This document shows positions 27,991 through 36,922 of a stretch of DNA of 58,213 nt, piece after piece. The stretch lies in contig JAGVWA010000003.1 of the NCBI GenBank assembly GCA_018304505.1, positions 1 to 58,213 of the forward strand, written 5' to 3'. Made by a program: the position numbers and the translations under genes. The first letter of the stretch is position 1. The number at the start of each line of letters is the position of its first letter. Under the pieces are notes generated by a model. It had not been told where the DNA came from and searched no databases. It saw only the letters and a list, made by a program, of their open reading frames with translations. Source of the DNA: Nanobdellati archaeon (GTDB lineage Archaea; B1Sed10-29; JAGVWA01).

Positions 27991-30900
27991 GCACTTGCAG
28001 ATCAAGGCAGACGAGGCCTACGAAATTGCAGCCGGGGCGCGCTCACTTGGAAAAGACCCCATAATGAAAATCGAAGCGCCGCAAGCCAAGGACCTTGCAG
28101 ACCGAGTTGAAGGAATCAGCGGCCCTGTTGGTGTTTCAGCCAGGCTCAGGGAATTAATAGAGCAGATGGACAGGGAGGCCTCAACAAAGCTTATCATGCA
28201 GGAAATCATCGACGGGAAGTTCGGGAAATTAAATACAGAGCAAGAAAAAATCGAGCAGGCAGTGCGAACTGGACTGACGATTTTGACAGAAGCAATCGTT
28301 GTTGCGGGCACAGAAGGCATTGACAGAATCACCATTAATGAAAACCCGGACAAGTCAAAGTATCTGACAATGTACTTCGCAGGCCCAATCAGAAGCGCAG
28401 GCGGCGGCGGCCAAGCGCAAGCGGTGATACTATGCGACTATGCCAGAACCCTCATGAACATAGGCCCATACAAACCAACAAATGATGAGATCGAGCGGTG
28501 TGTAGAAGAAATGGGAATTTATCACAACGCGGTGTCCAGACTACAATACTTTCCGCCAGACGATGACACAAGATACATTCTAAAACACTGCCCAATCTGC
28601 ATAAGCGGGGACCAAACAACAGATGTTGAAGTGGCTGTAAACAAAAACATACCAAGGGTAGAGACAAACCGCATACGCGGGGGCATGTGCCTCGTTGTCG
28701 GCGAAGGAATAGCCCAAAAAGCGGCGAAGGAGGTCAAGTTCGCCAAAAAATTCGGGTTGGATTGGTCGTGGCTCGGGAAGCTCGTGAAAACCGTAAAGAA
28801 AGATGACGCGGACGAAAAAACCGAGGTCGAGATAAAGCCCCTGCCAAAATACCTCGACGACATTGTTGGCGGCCGCCCGATTTTCGCGTACCCGATGAGG
28901 AAAGGCGCCTTCCGGTTGCGATACGGCAGGGCACGCAACACGGGCATCGCGGCAAAGGCCATTCATCCGGCCACAATGATCCTGCTCGATGAGTTTCCAG
29001 CAGTCGGCACACAACTGCGCGTCGAGCGGCCGGGAAAGGGAACCGTGTGCTGCCCATGCGATTCGATAGAAGGCCCCATCGTGAAACTGAAAAACGGCAC
29101 GGTAGTCCGGGTAGAGAGTGCTGCAAAAGCAGAAGACATCAAACACGACATCGGCGAAATCCTGTTCCTCGGGGACATGCTAATAAGCTACGGCGATTTT
29201 TCAAAAGCAAACCACCCATTAGTACCGCCCGGTTTTTGCGAAGAATGGTGGAGCCTCATCCTGGAAAACAAGGACATCAAAGTCGGCGATGCGTACAAAA
29301 TAACTTCAGAGCAGGCACTCGAACTCTCGGAGAAACACAAAGTGCCCCTGCATCCGAAATACACGTACTACTACAATGACATAACAAGAGAAGAACTGAT
29401 AAAAATCATCATGTCCCTATCAGAGGCCACTATTGTGGAAAACAAAACCCTTGGTGGGGAGACAGCGCACATAATTGAAATGCCGCTGACGAAAGACAAA
29501 CGGATTCTCGAAATGCTCGGAATACTGCACAGGGTTGAGGAAGACCGAGTCATAATTCAAGACGCCCTGCCGCTAATCAGGACACTTGGCTTGCCAAACA
29601 AGGACATCGGTGAGAGCTTCGGTGAGGGGCAATCGGTGTTGCAGATCATCAATTCTATCGCGCCTTTCCCGATTTACGACAAATCAGGAACGTACATTGG
29701 CGCAAGAATGGGCCGGCCTGAAAAGGCAAAGGAAAGGGCAATGGCCCGCTCTCCGAACGGCCTGTTTCCAATTGGCGAATCGGGAGGCAGAATGACATTG
29801 GTTGACAAGGCGCGCGAGGCAAACAAAATCGAGATACAAAAAATCCGCTTGGTCTGCCCACAATGCAAACAGGAAAAGCTCAACTATACGTGTGAAAAAT
29901 GCGGGCAGAGAAACGTAATCATGAGATCCTGCGTCAAATGCGGAAAAAACACCATGAATGAGAAATGCGACCGCTGCAACAATTACACCTCCCCGTATCA
30001 TTCCACAACTGTTGACTTCAGGCAATTCATGAACGACACCGAGGCGCAGTTAAAAGAGCGCGCCCCGGATAAATTCAAGGCCATTGTTGGCACAATTAAC
30101 AAGGACAAGTACTTTGAGCCGATGGAAAAAGGCCTCCTTAGGGCGAAACACGGCGTGTACCCGTACCGCGACGGCACAATCCGATTCGACAGCACAGACA
30201 TGCCGCTGACTTACTTCAAGCCAAAGGAAATCGGCGTCAGCTTGTCAATGCTCAAAGACCTAGGATACGAAAAAGATTATCAAGGCAATGAAATCACAAG
30301 CAACACGCAGATATGCGAACTGAAACCACAGGACTTGCTGCTGTCAGAATTCGGCGTTGACTACATGCTTTCAGTCACGCGATTTCTTGATGACTTGCTG
30401 GAAAAGTTCTACGGTTTACCGAGGTACTACAACGCCACGAAACGTGAAGACCTGCTTGGGCACCTCGTAGTTGGTTTGGCGCCGCACATCTCAGCCGCGA
30501 CAATGGCGCGCATAATCGGCTTCACTAAAGCCCGCGTTGGATATGCACACCCGTATTTCCACTGCGCGAAGAGAAGAAATTGCTTCAGCGGTGACACAAA
30601 AACATTCCTTTGGGACGACAACAAAAAGAAAACCATCCGTGAACCAATCGGGGACATAGTTGATGATCTTGAAAAAAAATATCCGAACAACAAAAAACCG
30701 ATAGACGGCTTTGGCACTATAAAAATCGATAATCCATATAATTGGTATGCATACTCAATTGACAAGAATTCCGGGAAGTTTGTAAAAAAGAAGGTTAAGA
30801 CTTTCGTTAAAGGTAAACATCAAAACTGGGTCGCGTTAAAAACATCAACTGGAAAAGAAATGTGCGTCACGGCTGACCATGACATTTTAACAAATAGCGG

Positions 30901-31888
30901 CACTAACAGATTCTCCCATAAGAAAGCAGAAGACGTCAAGGTTGGAGAAAAGATCCCATATGCAACAAGGTTCCCTGGAACCAACCAACAAAACGTGAAC
31001 CAGGACTACACCTTCGATACCATTACAGAACTAAAAACAATAACGCAGGAAAAAAATTCTTACTGCCTCGATATAGATATCGACTCAGACGACCTGACAG
31101 AAAAAAATGTCTTGTGGGATAACCAACTAATCCAAATCAGGTGCGACTCCGACGAGGATGCGATAATGCTTTTACTCGACGTGCTTTTGAACTTCTCCAG
31201 GAAGTACCTGCCGGCGTCGCACGGCGGCACCATGGACTCGCCGCTGGTTGTCACGACAAAAATCAATCCGCAGGAAATCGACGATGAAGTTCACGAAATG
31301 GAAACCGTTTTCAGATTCCCGCTATCCTTCTACGAGGCCGCAGTGCAGAAAAAGAGCCCTGGGGAAGTTGACGTGGAGACCGTTGCTGACAGGCTTGGCA
31401 AAGATGAGCAATACGAAAACCTCGGATTCATGTTTGACTGCACAAGCATTGACGAGGGCCCCATCATTACACAGTACGCAAAGATCACTAAGATGGCGGA
31501 CAAGGTAAACCACCAGCTAGAACTGGGCAAGCGCATCAGGGCTGTTGACGAAAAGGACGTTGCCGAGCGCGTATTATCATCACACTTCCTAAGGGACATT
31601 TACGGAAACCTCAGGGCATTCGGGCAACAGATAATGCGCTGCGTTGACTGCAACGAGAAATACCGCAGGGTTCCGCTTGTTGGAAAATGCACGAAGTGCG
31701 GGGGCAAGCTGCTTTTGACAATAAACCGCGGCGGCATAGAAAAGTACTTGAAGATTTCGATGGACATCGCCAACAATTATGGCCTGAGCGATTACATGAA
31801 GCAGCGCCTAAGCCTGGTTAAAGAGGACATTGACACCATTTTCGAAAGTGAGGCGGTGAGGCAGAGTTCCTTAGCCGACTTTATCTAG
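27968..31888 (+). CDS. polC: DNA polymerase D large subunit DP2, intein-containing
   Basis: AGPIRSAGG, RIRGG, GRPIF, RMGRPEK, DGTIRFD, KRRN/CDSDED, CxxC Zn fingers; start may be 27968 or 27974. Confidence 0.97.
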   Translation: MNMKEYYEHLQIKADEAYEIAAGARSLGKDPIMKIEAPQAKDLADRVEGISGPVGVSARLRELIEQMDREASTKLIMQEIIDGKFGKLNTEQEKIEQAVRTGLTILTEAIVVAGTEGIDRITINENPDKSKYLTMYFAGPIRSAGGGGQAQAVILCDYARTLMNIGPYKPTNDEIERCVEEMGIYHNAVSRLQYFPPDDDTRYILKHCPICISGDQTTDVEVAVNKNIPRVETNRIRGGMCLVVGEGIAQKAAKEVKFAKKFGLDWSWLGKLVKTVKKDDADEKTEVEIKPLPKYLDDIVGGRPIFAYPMRKGAFRLRYGRARNTGIAAKAIHPATMILLDEFPAVGTQLRVERPGKGTVCCPCDSIEGPIVKLKNGTVVRVESAAKAEDIKHDIGEILFLGDMLISYGDFSKANHPLVPPGFCEEWWSLILENKDIKVGDAYKITSEQALELSEKHKVPLHPKYTYYYNDITREELIKIIMSLSEATIVENKTLGGETAHIIEMPLTKDKRILEMLGILHRVEEDRVIIQDALPLIRTLGLPNKDIGESFGEGQSVLQIINSIAPFPIYDKSGTYIGARMGRPEKAKERAMARSPNGLFPIGESGGRMTLVDKAREANKIEIQKIRLVCPQCKQEKLNYTCEKCGQRNVIMRSCVKCGKNTMNEKCDRCNNYTSPYHSTTVDFRQFMNDTEAQLKERAPDKFKAIVGTINKDKYFEPMEKGLLRAKHGVYPYRDGTIRFDSTDMPLTYFKPKEIGVSLSMLKDLGYEKDYQGNEITSNTQICELKPQDLLLSEFGVDYMLSVTRFLDDLLEKFYGLPRYYNATKREDLLGHLVVGLAPHISAATMARIIGFTKARVGYAHPYFHCAKRRNCFSGDTKTFLWDDNKKKTIREPIGDIVDDLEKKYPNNKKPIDGFGTIKIDNPYNWYAYSIDKNSGKFVKKKVKTFVKGKHQNWVALKTSTGKEMCVTADHDILTNSGTNRFSHKKAEDVKVGEKIPYATRFPGTNQQNVNQDYTFDTITELKTITQEKNSYCLDIDIDSDDLTEKNVLWDNQLIQIRCDSDEDAIMLLLDVLLNFSRKYLPASHGGTMDSPLVVTTKINPQEIDDEVHEMETVFRFPLSFYEAAVQKKSPGEVDVETVADRLGKDEQYENLGFMFDCTSIDEGPIITQYAKITKMADKVNHQLELGKRIRAVDEKDVAERVLSSHFLRDIYGNLRAFGQQIMRCVDCNEKYRRVPLVGKCTKCGGKLLLTINRGGIEKYLKISMDIANNYGLSDYMKQRLSLVKEDIDTIFESEAVRQSSLADFI
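30581..31141 (+). mobile_element. Mini-intein (187 aa, no homing endonuclease) in DP2, ending in Arg
   Basis: Begins CFSGDT after KRRN; block B VTADH; block F YCLDI; ends LWDNQLIQIR before the +1 Cys of CDSDED; A-rich relative to flanks. Confidence 0.9.
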
Positions 31889-31902
31889 GCCCAGTGTAAA
31901 AT

Positions 31903-32094
31903 TTAGGCCCTGCGTAAAATATCCAGGGTTTCCTCGATGCTCGGCACCGGCGAATCATTTACCCTGTTAGGACTATCTAATGATTCAAGAAACATTAGGT
32001 CCGAAGATAGCTTTTCTGCTTCGGTTACACTATTCGTTTTGTCAGCCGCGCCTGCGCCTTCCGTCCTGCAATATGTCCCGTTCGTATTCGTCAT
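31903..32094 (-). CDS. Possible small hypothetical protein
   Basis: 63-aa ORF overlapping the end of 32042..32341. Confidence 0.3.
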   Translation of the reverse strand: MTNTNGTYCRTEGAGAADKTNSVTEAEKLSSDLMFLESLDSPNRVNDSPVPSIEETLDILRRA

Positions 32095-32341
32095 CTATAT
32101 CACTCAGGGATTCCGCAAGTTTATGGTTAATTCTGTAGTTATCGCCGCGTGACCTGATCCTGTCCGGGTCTTCGCCCAGCTCCCTGAGTGCGTCCATAGC
32201 ATCCCTTTCCCTGCGCAATGCTACCTCCTCTTCTGGCGAACCAGCTTCCGAATTTACGAACTTGTCGTATGCCCATACCAATCGCCTTGAGGCATTATCC
32301 ACATCGTCTCTATGTTTAGCGCTTCCTTGCCTTGACCACAT
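32042..32341 (-). CDS. Small orphan protein, MW-start group (MWSRQGSA..., 99 aa)
   Basis: ATG-TGG start preceded by GGGGATGA. Confidence 0.65.
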   Translation of the reverse strand: MWSRQGSAKHRDDVDNASRRLVWAYDKFVNSEAGSPEEEVALRRERDAMDALRELGEDPDRIRSRGDNYRINHKLAESLSDIDDEYERDILQDGRRRRG

Positions 32342-32427
32342 TATAATTTCATCCCCAATTAATTATGCAATTCTTTTGCAAGCCAATGAATATAATGCTT
32401 TCGCTAGTTTAATTCTTTTGGCGCGAA

Positions 32428-33207
32428 TTATGTAAGCAGCAAGAATAAAATCAGGATAAGGATTGCGATGAGAACGTACTGCCCTGTCTTGGTCTTGAGC
32501 AGCCAGTCGAGGCTGGCTCCAGAAGTGGCCTTTGCTTCGCCTGTTTTTGCCTTGGCCTTGCCGCTTAGGCGCGAAAACGCATTGCTCAGGACCTTCATGA
32601 AGCCTGACGGCGTCATCATTTGGTGCAGCGTCTCGCTGAAAGACTCATTCCAGTTTTTTTCCCGGGTAGGCACTTCGTCCATGTTCAGGGTGATTCCGAC
32701 AACAGCGTCGACATTCATTTTTTGTACCTGCCTGCCAAGTTGAACAAACACGCGCCAGATGGGCCAGTAGATCTGCCTGAAGCCCGACACATTGACGGCC
32801 TTTGATGCGATGCCGAACTGGCTGGCGATTTTTACCTGCGCTGTCCTTTTGATTTCCTCGAGGCTGAATGACGGCTTAAGAAGATCGTAGCTGATGTCGT
32901 GTTTGATTTCGCGCTGGTAGTTGATGGGCTGCTGTTCAAGGACGCCTGACAGGGTTTGTTCAAGTTCGCCGGAAACCCCGTTGATCATCATCTGGCCCCC
33001 GCCAAAACCCTGACTCATCGCCTGGCCCTCGACTTCATGCTCTACCAGCGTGTCGTACGTAAAAACAAAATACGGAACGTACAATAGCTTTAGGTTGGCG
33101 ATCTCGAACTCGTGCCAGTTTTTTTCCTTGAGGGTGTCTTCAAGAACTTCCAGAATGTCTTCTACGCCAATGTTTAAAGCTACTGCCGGATTTTCTAAGA
33201 GGACCAT
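32428..33207 (-). CDS. Hypothetical protein with a C-terminal TM anchor, in an operon with sepF
   Basis: Two related LxYxP motifs (LLYVPYF, QIYWPIW); C-terminal hydrophobic helix. Confidence 0.75.
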   Translation of the reverse strand: MVLLENPAVALNIGVEDILEVLEDTLKEKNWHEFEIANLKLLYVPYFVFTYDTLVEHEVEGQAMSQGFGGGQMMINGVSGELEQTLSGVLEQQPINYQREIKHDISYDLLKPSFSLEEIKRTAQVKIASQFGIASKAVNVSGFRQIYWPIWRVFVQLGRQVQKMNVDAVVGITLNMDEVPTREKNWNESFSETLHQMMTPSGFMKVLSNAFSRLSGKAKAKTGEAKATSGASLDWLLKTKTGQYVLIAILILILFLLLT

Positions 33208-33220
33208 GCCCTAAACACTT

Positions 33221-33577
33221 TTACTGTCGTCTTACCTTGACGTTTGATGGCGTTAGGATTACCTGCTCCTGATTTAGCGCAACAATGTCCCCGTTCAGGT
33301 CGTGCACAGCGCCCTTTAGCTCTGAAATCGCCTGCCTGACCTTGACCTTGTTTTTCTTCTTTAACGGCTCGATGTTCAACACCACTTGGTTGCCTTTCTT
33401 CAATTCGCCAAGAATGCCGTCAATGTCGCTCAAATCCTCAAGAGTCTGTGATATGACCCACATGTCCGCTTGTTCTTCGAGCAAGTCGCCCTCTTCGAGG
33501 CCCAGCTGTTCCAGGTATTCCTCGATCTCCATGTGCTCGTCTTTTCTCCCACTTAATTTGCCCAAAAGTCCTGCCAT
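33221..33577 (-). CDS. sepF: Cell division protein SepF
   Basis: MAGLLGKL amphipathic start, GNQVVLNIEPL, GDIVAL, VILTPSNVKV. Confidence 0.88.
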   Translation of the reverse strand: MAGLLGKLSGRKDEHMEIEEYLEQLGLEEGDLLEEQADMWVISQTLEDLSDIDGILGELKKGNQVVLNIEPLKKKNKVKVRQAISELKGAVHDLNGDIVALNQEQVILTPSNVKVRRQ

Positions 33578-33693
33578 TGTTATACCTCCAAAAACATCTT
33601 CATTCGCTATTATCTTATTATCCTATGGGTGATATAATTATAAGGGAAGTTGAATAAAAAGATATCCTCTGAAAGCGCTGTGAAAGTGATTGC

Positions 33694-34899
33694 ATGGACG
33701 ATATTTTCGAATCTGAGCTTAAAAAGGCTACTGTTTTTCAGGACCGCAATGTATTGTCGCAGTCATACATCCCGGAGACCTTGCCTCATCGCGAGAAGGA
33801 AATCGAGCGAATGATGAAGACCCTGGCCCCAATGCTCAGCAAGAAGATAATCCACAACCTTTTCATTTATGGGAAAACCGGCACGGGGAAGTCCAGCAGC
33901 ACGCGGCACATCCTGAACCGCCTCGGGGACGTGAGGGAAAAATACGATGCGTCTGTCGATTTTATTTATGTAAATTGCCATAACTGCAACACGAAGTATC
34001 AGGTGATGCTGAAGTGCGCGGAGTACTGTGCCCCGGGCAAGCCGTTTATTGGGTATCCGTTTTCGCACCTGTTTGAAGAAGTGAAGAAGAAGGTCCAGGA
34101 CAATGACACAAGTTTCCTGATTGTTCTCGATGAGGTGGACAAGGTCAAGGACATCGACGAGTTAATGTACACGCTGACAAGGGCCAATGATGAATTAGAC
34201 CATGGCCGCATATCGCTGATAGGGATCACGAATTCTGTGGGATTTAAAGAACAGCTGGATCCGCGGTCTAAGTCAACGCTCTGCGAGGAGGAAATGGTTT
34301 TTCCGCCATACAACGCAACTGAACTTGAGAGCATTCTGCGCCAACGCGGAGAATTAGGCTTCAAGCAGGGGGCGATTGATGAGTCTGCAATCAACCTCGC
34401 GGCAGCACTGGCTGCCCAGGAATCAGGAGACGCAAGGTATGCCCTGAAGCTCATTCTCAAGGCAGGGCAGATCGCAGATGATCTGAAGGAAAAACGCGTT
34501 ACAGATTCGCATGTGCAAATTGCCTCAGAGGGTGTCGAGGAGGAAATTGTTTACGAAATCATCAACACGTTGCCTGAGCACCAAAAAATAGTGCTTTACG
34601 CCATCACGCTTTTGACAGAAGATGGCTCCCGGATGTCGAAACTTGACGGCTCCATGGATGAAGACGCGGTGCTTTATTCTGGGGAGGTGTACGACAAATA
34701 CCGCGGCTTGTGCAAGGTGTACGGGAAAAAAGCGAGAACGGCGCGCTGGTGCCGCGATTACTTGAACGACCTGGACATGATGGGCTTAATTACCACAAGC
34801 ATTTCTGGAAAAGGAATTCGCGGCAACACAACACTAATTCAGTTGGCATATCCGCAAGAAAAGGTAAAACGCGTTTTAGAGAAACACTTTAATGCGTAG
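33694..34899 (+). CDS. cdc6: Cdc6/Orc1 replication initiator
   Basis: YIPETLPHRE, YGKTGTGKS, LDEVD, LDPRSKS, FPPYNA, GDARYAL, winged-helix GKGIRGNT. Confidence 0.96.
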   Translation: MDDIFESELKKATVFQDRNVLSQSYIPETLPHREKEIERMMKTLAPMLSKKIIHNLFIYGKTGTGKSSSTRHILNRLGDVREKYDASVDFIYVNCHNCNTKYQVMLKCAEYCAPGKPFIGYPFSHLFEEVKKKVQDNDTSFLIVLDEVDKVKDIDELMYTLTRANDELDHGRISLIGITNSVGFKEQLDPRSKSTLCEEEMVFPPYNATELESILRQRGELGFKQGAIDESAINLAAALAAQESGDARYALKLILKAGQIADDLKEKRVTDSHVQIASEGVEEEIVYEIINTLPEHQKIVLYAITLLTEDGSRMSKLDGSMDEDAVLYSGEVYDKYRGLCKVYGKKARTARWCRDYLNDLDMMGLITTSISGKGIRGNTTLIQLAYPQEKVKRVLEKHFNA

Positions 34900-34969
34900 T
34901 TTCAGTTCGTCGATCCTTCGAACTTCCTCATGGCTTTTGGTTCGGCTTTTGGTTTTCCAGTACATCAGA

Positions 34970-35236
34970 TTATCGCCTGTTGATTTCGCTCCAGACGTCT
35001 GCGAGGTGCTGCGTGATTTCTTTTCCTGTTTTAAATTCGCCGTTGCGTATTCGATCCCTCTCGCGGGCTGCATCTGCGGGGAGGAGGTACTTTAATGTGC
35101 GCGTCTCGTGTTTTGATAGTAAAACGGCACGGGGAATGTCCATTACAGGTATGACCTCCTGCCCTGCAAGGTGCTGATAACTGCGTGGGTCTGATGGATC
35201 CTTGTTACTTAAACATTGTATGTACGTCGCCCACAT
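34970..35236 (-). CDS. Orphan protein, MWATY paralog 3 (88 aa)
   Basis: Starts MWATYIQ; GAGGA upstream. Confidence 0.65.
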   Translation of the reverse strand: MWATYIQCLSNKDPSDPRSYQHLAGQEVIPVMDIPRAVLLSKHETRTLKYLLPADAARERDRIRNGEFKTGKEITQHLADVWSEINRR

Positions 35237-35241
35237 GGTCC

Positions 35242-35601
35242 TCAGTTGCTCCTTGTTCTGTCATTAAGCTGCATCGCATACGAGTCTGGAATTTTTTCCC
35301 CTGACTCCCACAGCACTGTCGCCAGATCCTTTAACATTTTAGTCACTGTCTCCGCGCCCTTTTCGCTTGGCGCCTGTGATTTCACTGCCAAACGAACGTT
35401 GTCTGCCATTTCATCAGGCAATGAGTCTATCAAATCGACTTCCGGTTTCCAGAGCTTGAATGCACCATGGCCATTGCCTAATCGATACACTGCTTGGCCT
35501 TTCTTCATGTTATATCCATTCATGATGGGCGTTGGGCTGCCGTAATGTGCATCAGCACGCCCATTTTCCAGTTTCTCTTGTGGAATATACGTTGCCCACA
35601 T
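35242..35601 (-). CDS. Orphan protein, MWATY paralog 2 (119 aa)
   Basis: Starts MWATYIPQEKL; TAATG coupling with paralog 1. Confidence 0.75.
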   Translation of the reverse strand: MWATYIPQEKLENGRADAHYGSPTPIMNGYNMKKGQAVYRLGNGHGAFKLWKPEVDLIDSLPDEMADNVRLAVKSQAPSEKGAETVTKMLKDLATVLWESGEKIPDSYAMQLNDRTRSN

Positions 35602-35966
35602 TATTTCATGCCCCCATTTTCAATAGGTTCATGTCTAACAAATTCATTCTGGTACTGTGTCGGGAGCTGATCAAAGTGGCCGTGTGCTATTGATTTAATT
35701 GCCATGTTGCGGAGGTCCTTTGTTAGTGCCGTGGCGCCCTCGTCGCTGGCATCGAATCTTCCTGAGCGTATCCGATTGATAAGGCCCCTTTCTGCCCTGT
35801 CATTAACTAAGTCTGATTCAATGAAATCGACTTCATGTTTCCATAGGCGCATTGCGCCCTGCGAGCCCCGTATTGAAATCATCATCTGCCCTGTTGCTTT
35901 TCGATAGCCGCCAGGGGTATTTTTTCCAACGTCGAGCTTTTCCTGCGGTACGTATGTCGCCCACAT
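35601..35966 (-). CDS. Orphan protein, MWATY paralog 1 (121 aa)
   Basis: First in-frame ATG at 35966 (MWATYVPQEKL); GGTG upstream; TTTAAATA about 33 nt upstream. Confidence 0.75.
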   Translation of the reverse strand: MWATYVPQEKLDVGKNTPGGYRKATGQMMISIRGSQGAMRLWKHEVDFIESDLVNDRAERGLINRIRSGRFDASDEGATALTKDLRNMAIKSIAHGHFDQLPTQYQNEFVRHEPIENGGMK

Positions 35967-36112
35967 AGTCACACCAACAAGATTTTGCACTATTCTGATA
36001 TTTAAAGGCCTCTGATAGTTGCCTGTCGAAAAAAATAAGGGGTTGTGGGGACTTAGGCCCCCACCTTGTTGTTTTTGGACGTGATTAATAATGTGGTTTA
36101 ATTTGTTTTGGT

Positions 36113-36907
36113 TTACGCGCCTAGCTGTGACAGAACTTGTTCGAATGCGCTCCACGGCTGTGCTCCAACTAAGACCTTGTCGTTGATGACGAATGTCGGT
36201 GTGCCTTCTACGCCTAACTGGACGCCGGCGTTGAAGTCATCCCTTACCTCATCTTGGTGCTTTCCTGAGTCGAGGCATTGGTCAAAGGTCTCTTGGTTTA
36301 GTCCGATGCTGCCCGCGTACTGCTTCAAACTCGATATTCCCATGCTTTGCTGGTTCTCGAATATCTTGTCATGCATGTCCCAGAACTTGCCCTGATCGTT
36401 TGCACATTGCCCTGCTTCTGCTGCTTTCTGCGCGTTCGGGTGTATGCTCAGCGGGAAGTCCCTGTACACTAACTTGATTCTGCCTTGCTCTGCGTATTCC
36501 CTCAGCTTAGGTATTGCGGCCTCCCAGTTCGGATCTTGGCTCTGGAACCTGTCGATTAGCGCCTGGTTTGTTCCTGCTGATGCGCCACAGAACGGGCACT
36601 CAAAGTCGCTGAACTCAATTACAACGATTTCAGCGTCTGCTGGTCCTAGGAATGGGTCGTCATCTACTAGGTCTGCTGCGTTTATTGTACTCCCGGATGT
36701 TGGCGTTGGTGCGGTTGCTGTGCTGCCTGATCCTGTTGAACCAGAACCAGAGCCTGAACCGCTGCCTGTAGTGGCTATTGCGGCCCCTGTCAGTTTTGAG
36801 CTTATGTTGCCGCCCACGTGCAACACTGACAAAGACATTATTAGCGCGGCTACCAATATTGCTACCGGCACGTACAAGTGCTGGTTGCTATTTCCTTCTT
36901 TAGTCAT
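36113..36907 (-). CDS. Membrane-anchored DsbA-like thioredoxin
   Basis: EFSDFECPFC, RDFPL, GVEGTPTF; Gly/Ser linker after the TM. Confidence 0.92.
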   Translation of the reverse strand: MTKEGNSNQHLYVPVAILVAALIMSLSVLHVGGNISSKLTGAAIATTGSGSGSGSGSTGSGSTATAPTPTSGSTINAADLVDDDPFLGPADAEIVVIEFSDFECPFCGASAGTNQALIDRFQSQDPNWEAAIPKLREYAEQGRIKLVYRDFPLSIHPNAQKAAEAGQCANDQGKFWDMHDKIFENQQSMGISSLKQYAGSIGLNQETFDQCLDSGKHQDEVRDDFNAGVQLGVEGTPTFVINDKVLVGAQPWSAFEQVLSQLGA

Positions 36908-36922
36908 ATTCCATAACCTCCT

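Noticed and set aside
27950-31888. Many antisense and alternate-frame ORFs over polC and other long genes
   Set aside because: Shadow ORFs of well-supported genes, with no recognisable motifs.
33578-33693. Replication origin next to cdc6
   Set aside because: Only 116 nt long, with no ORB repeats visible. It reads as a divergent promoter.
35967-36155. N-terminal extension of the 184-aa track ORF
   Set aside because: It overlaps the dsbA end and promoter. Paralogy places the start at MWATY (35966).
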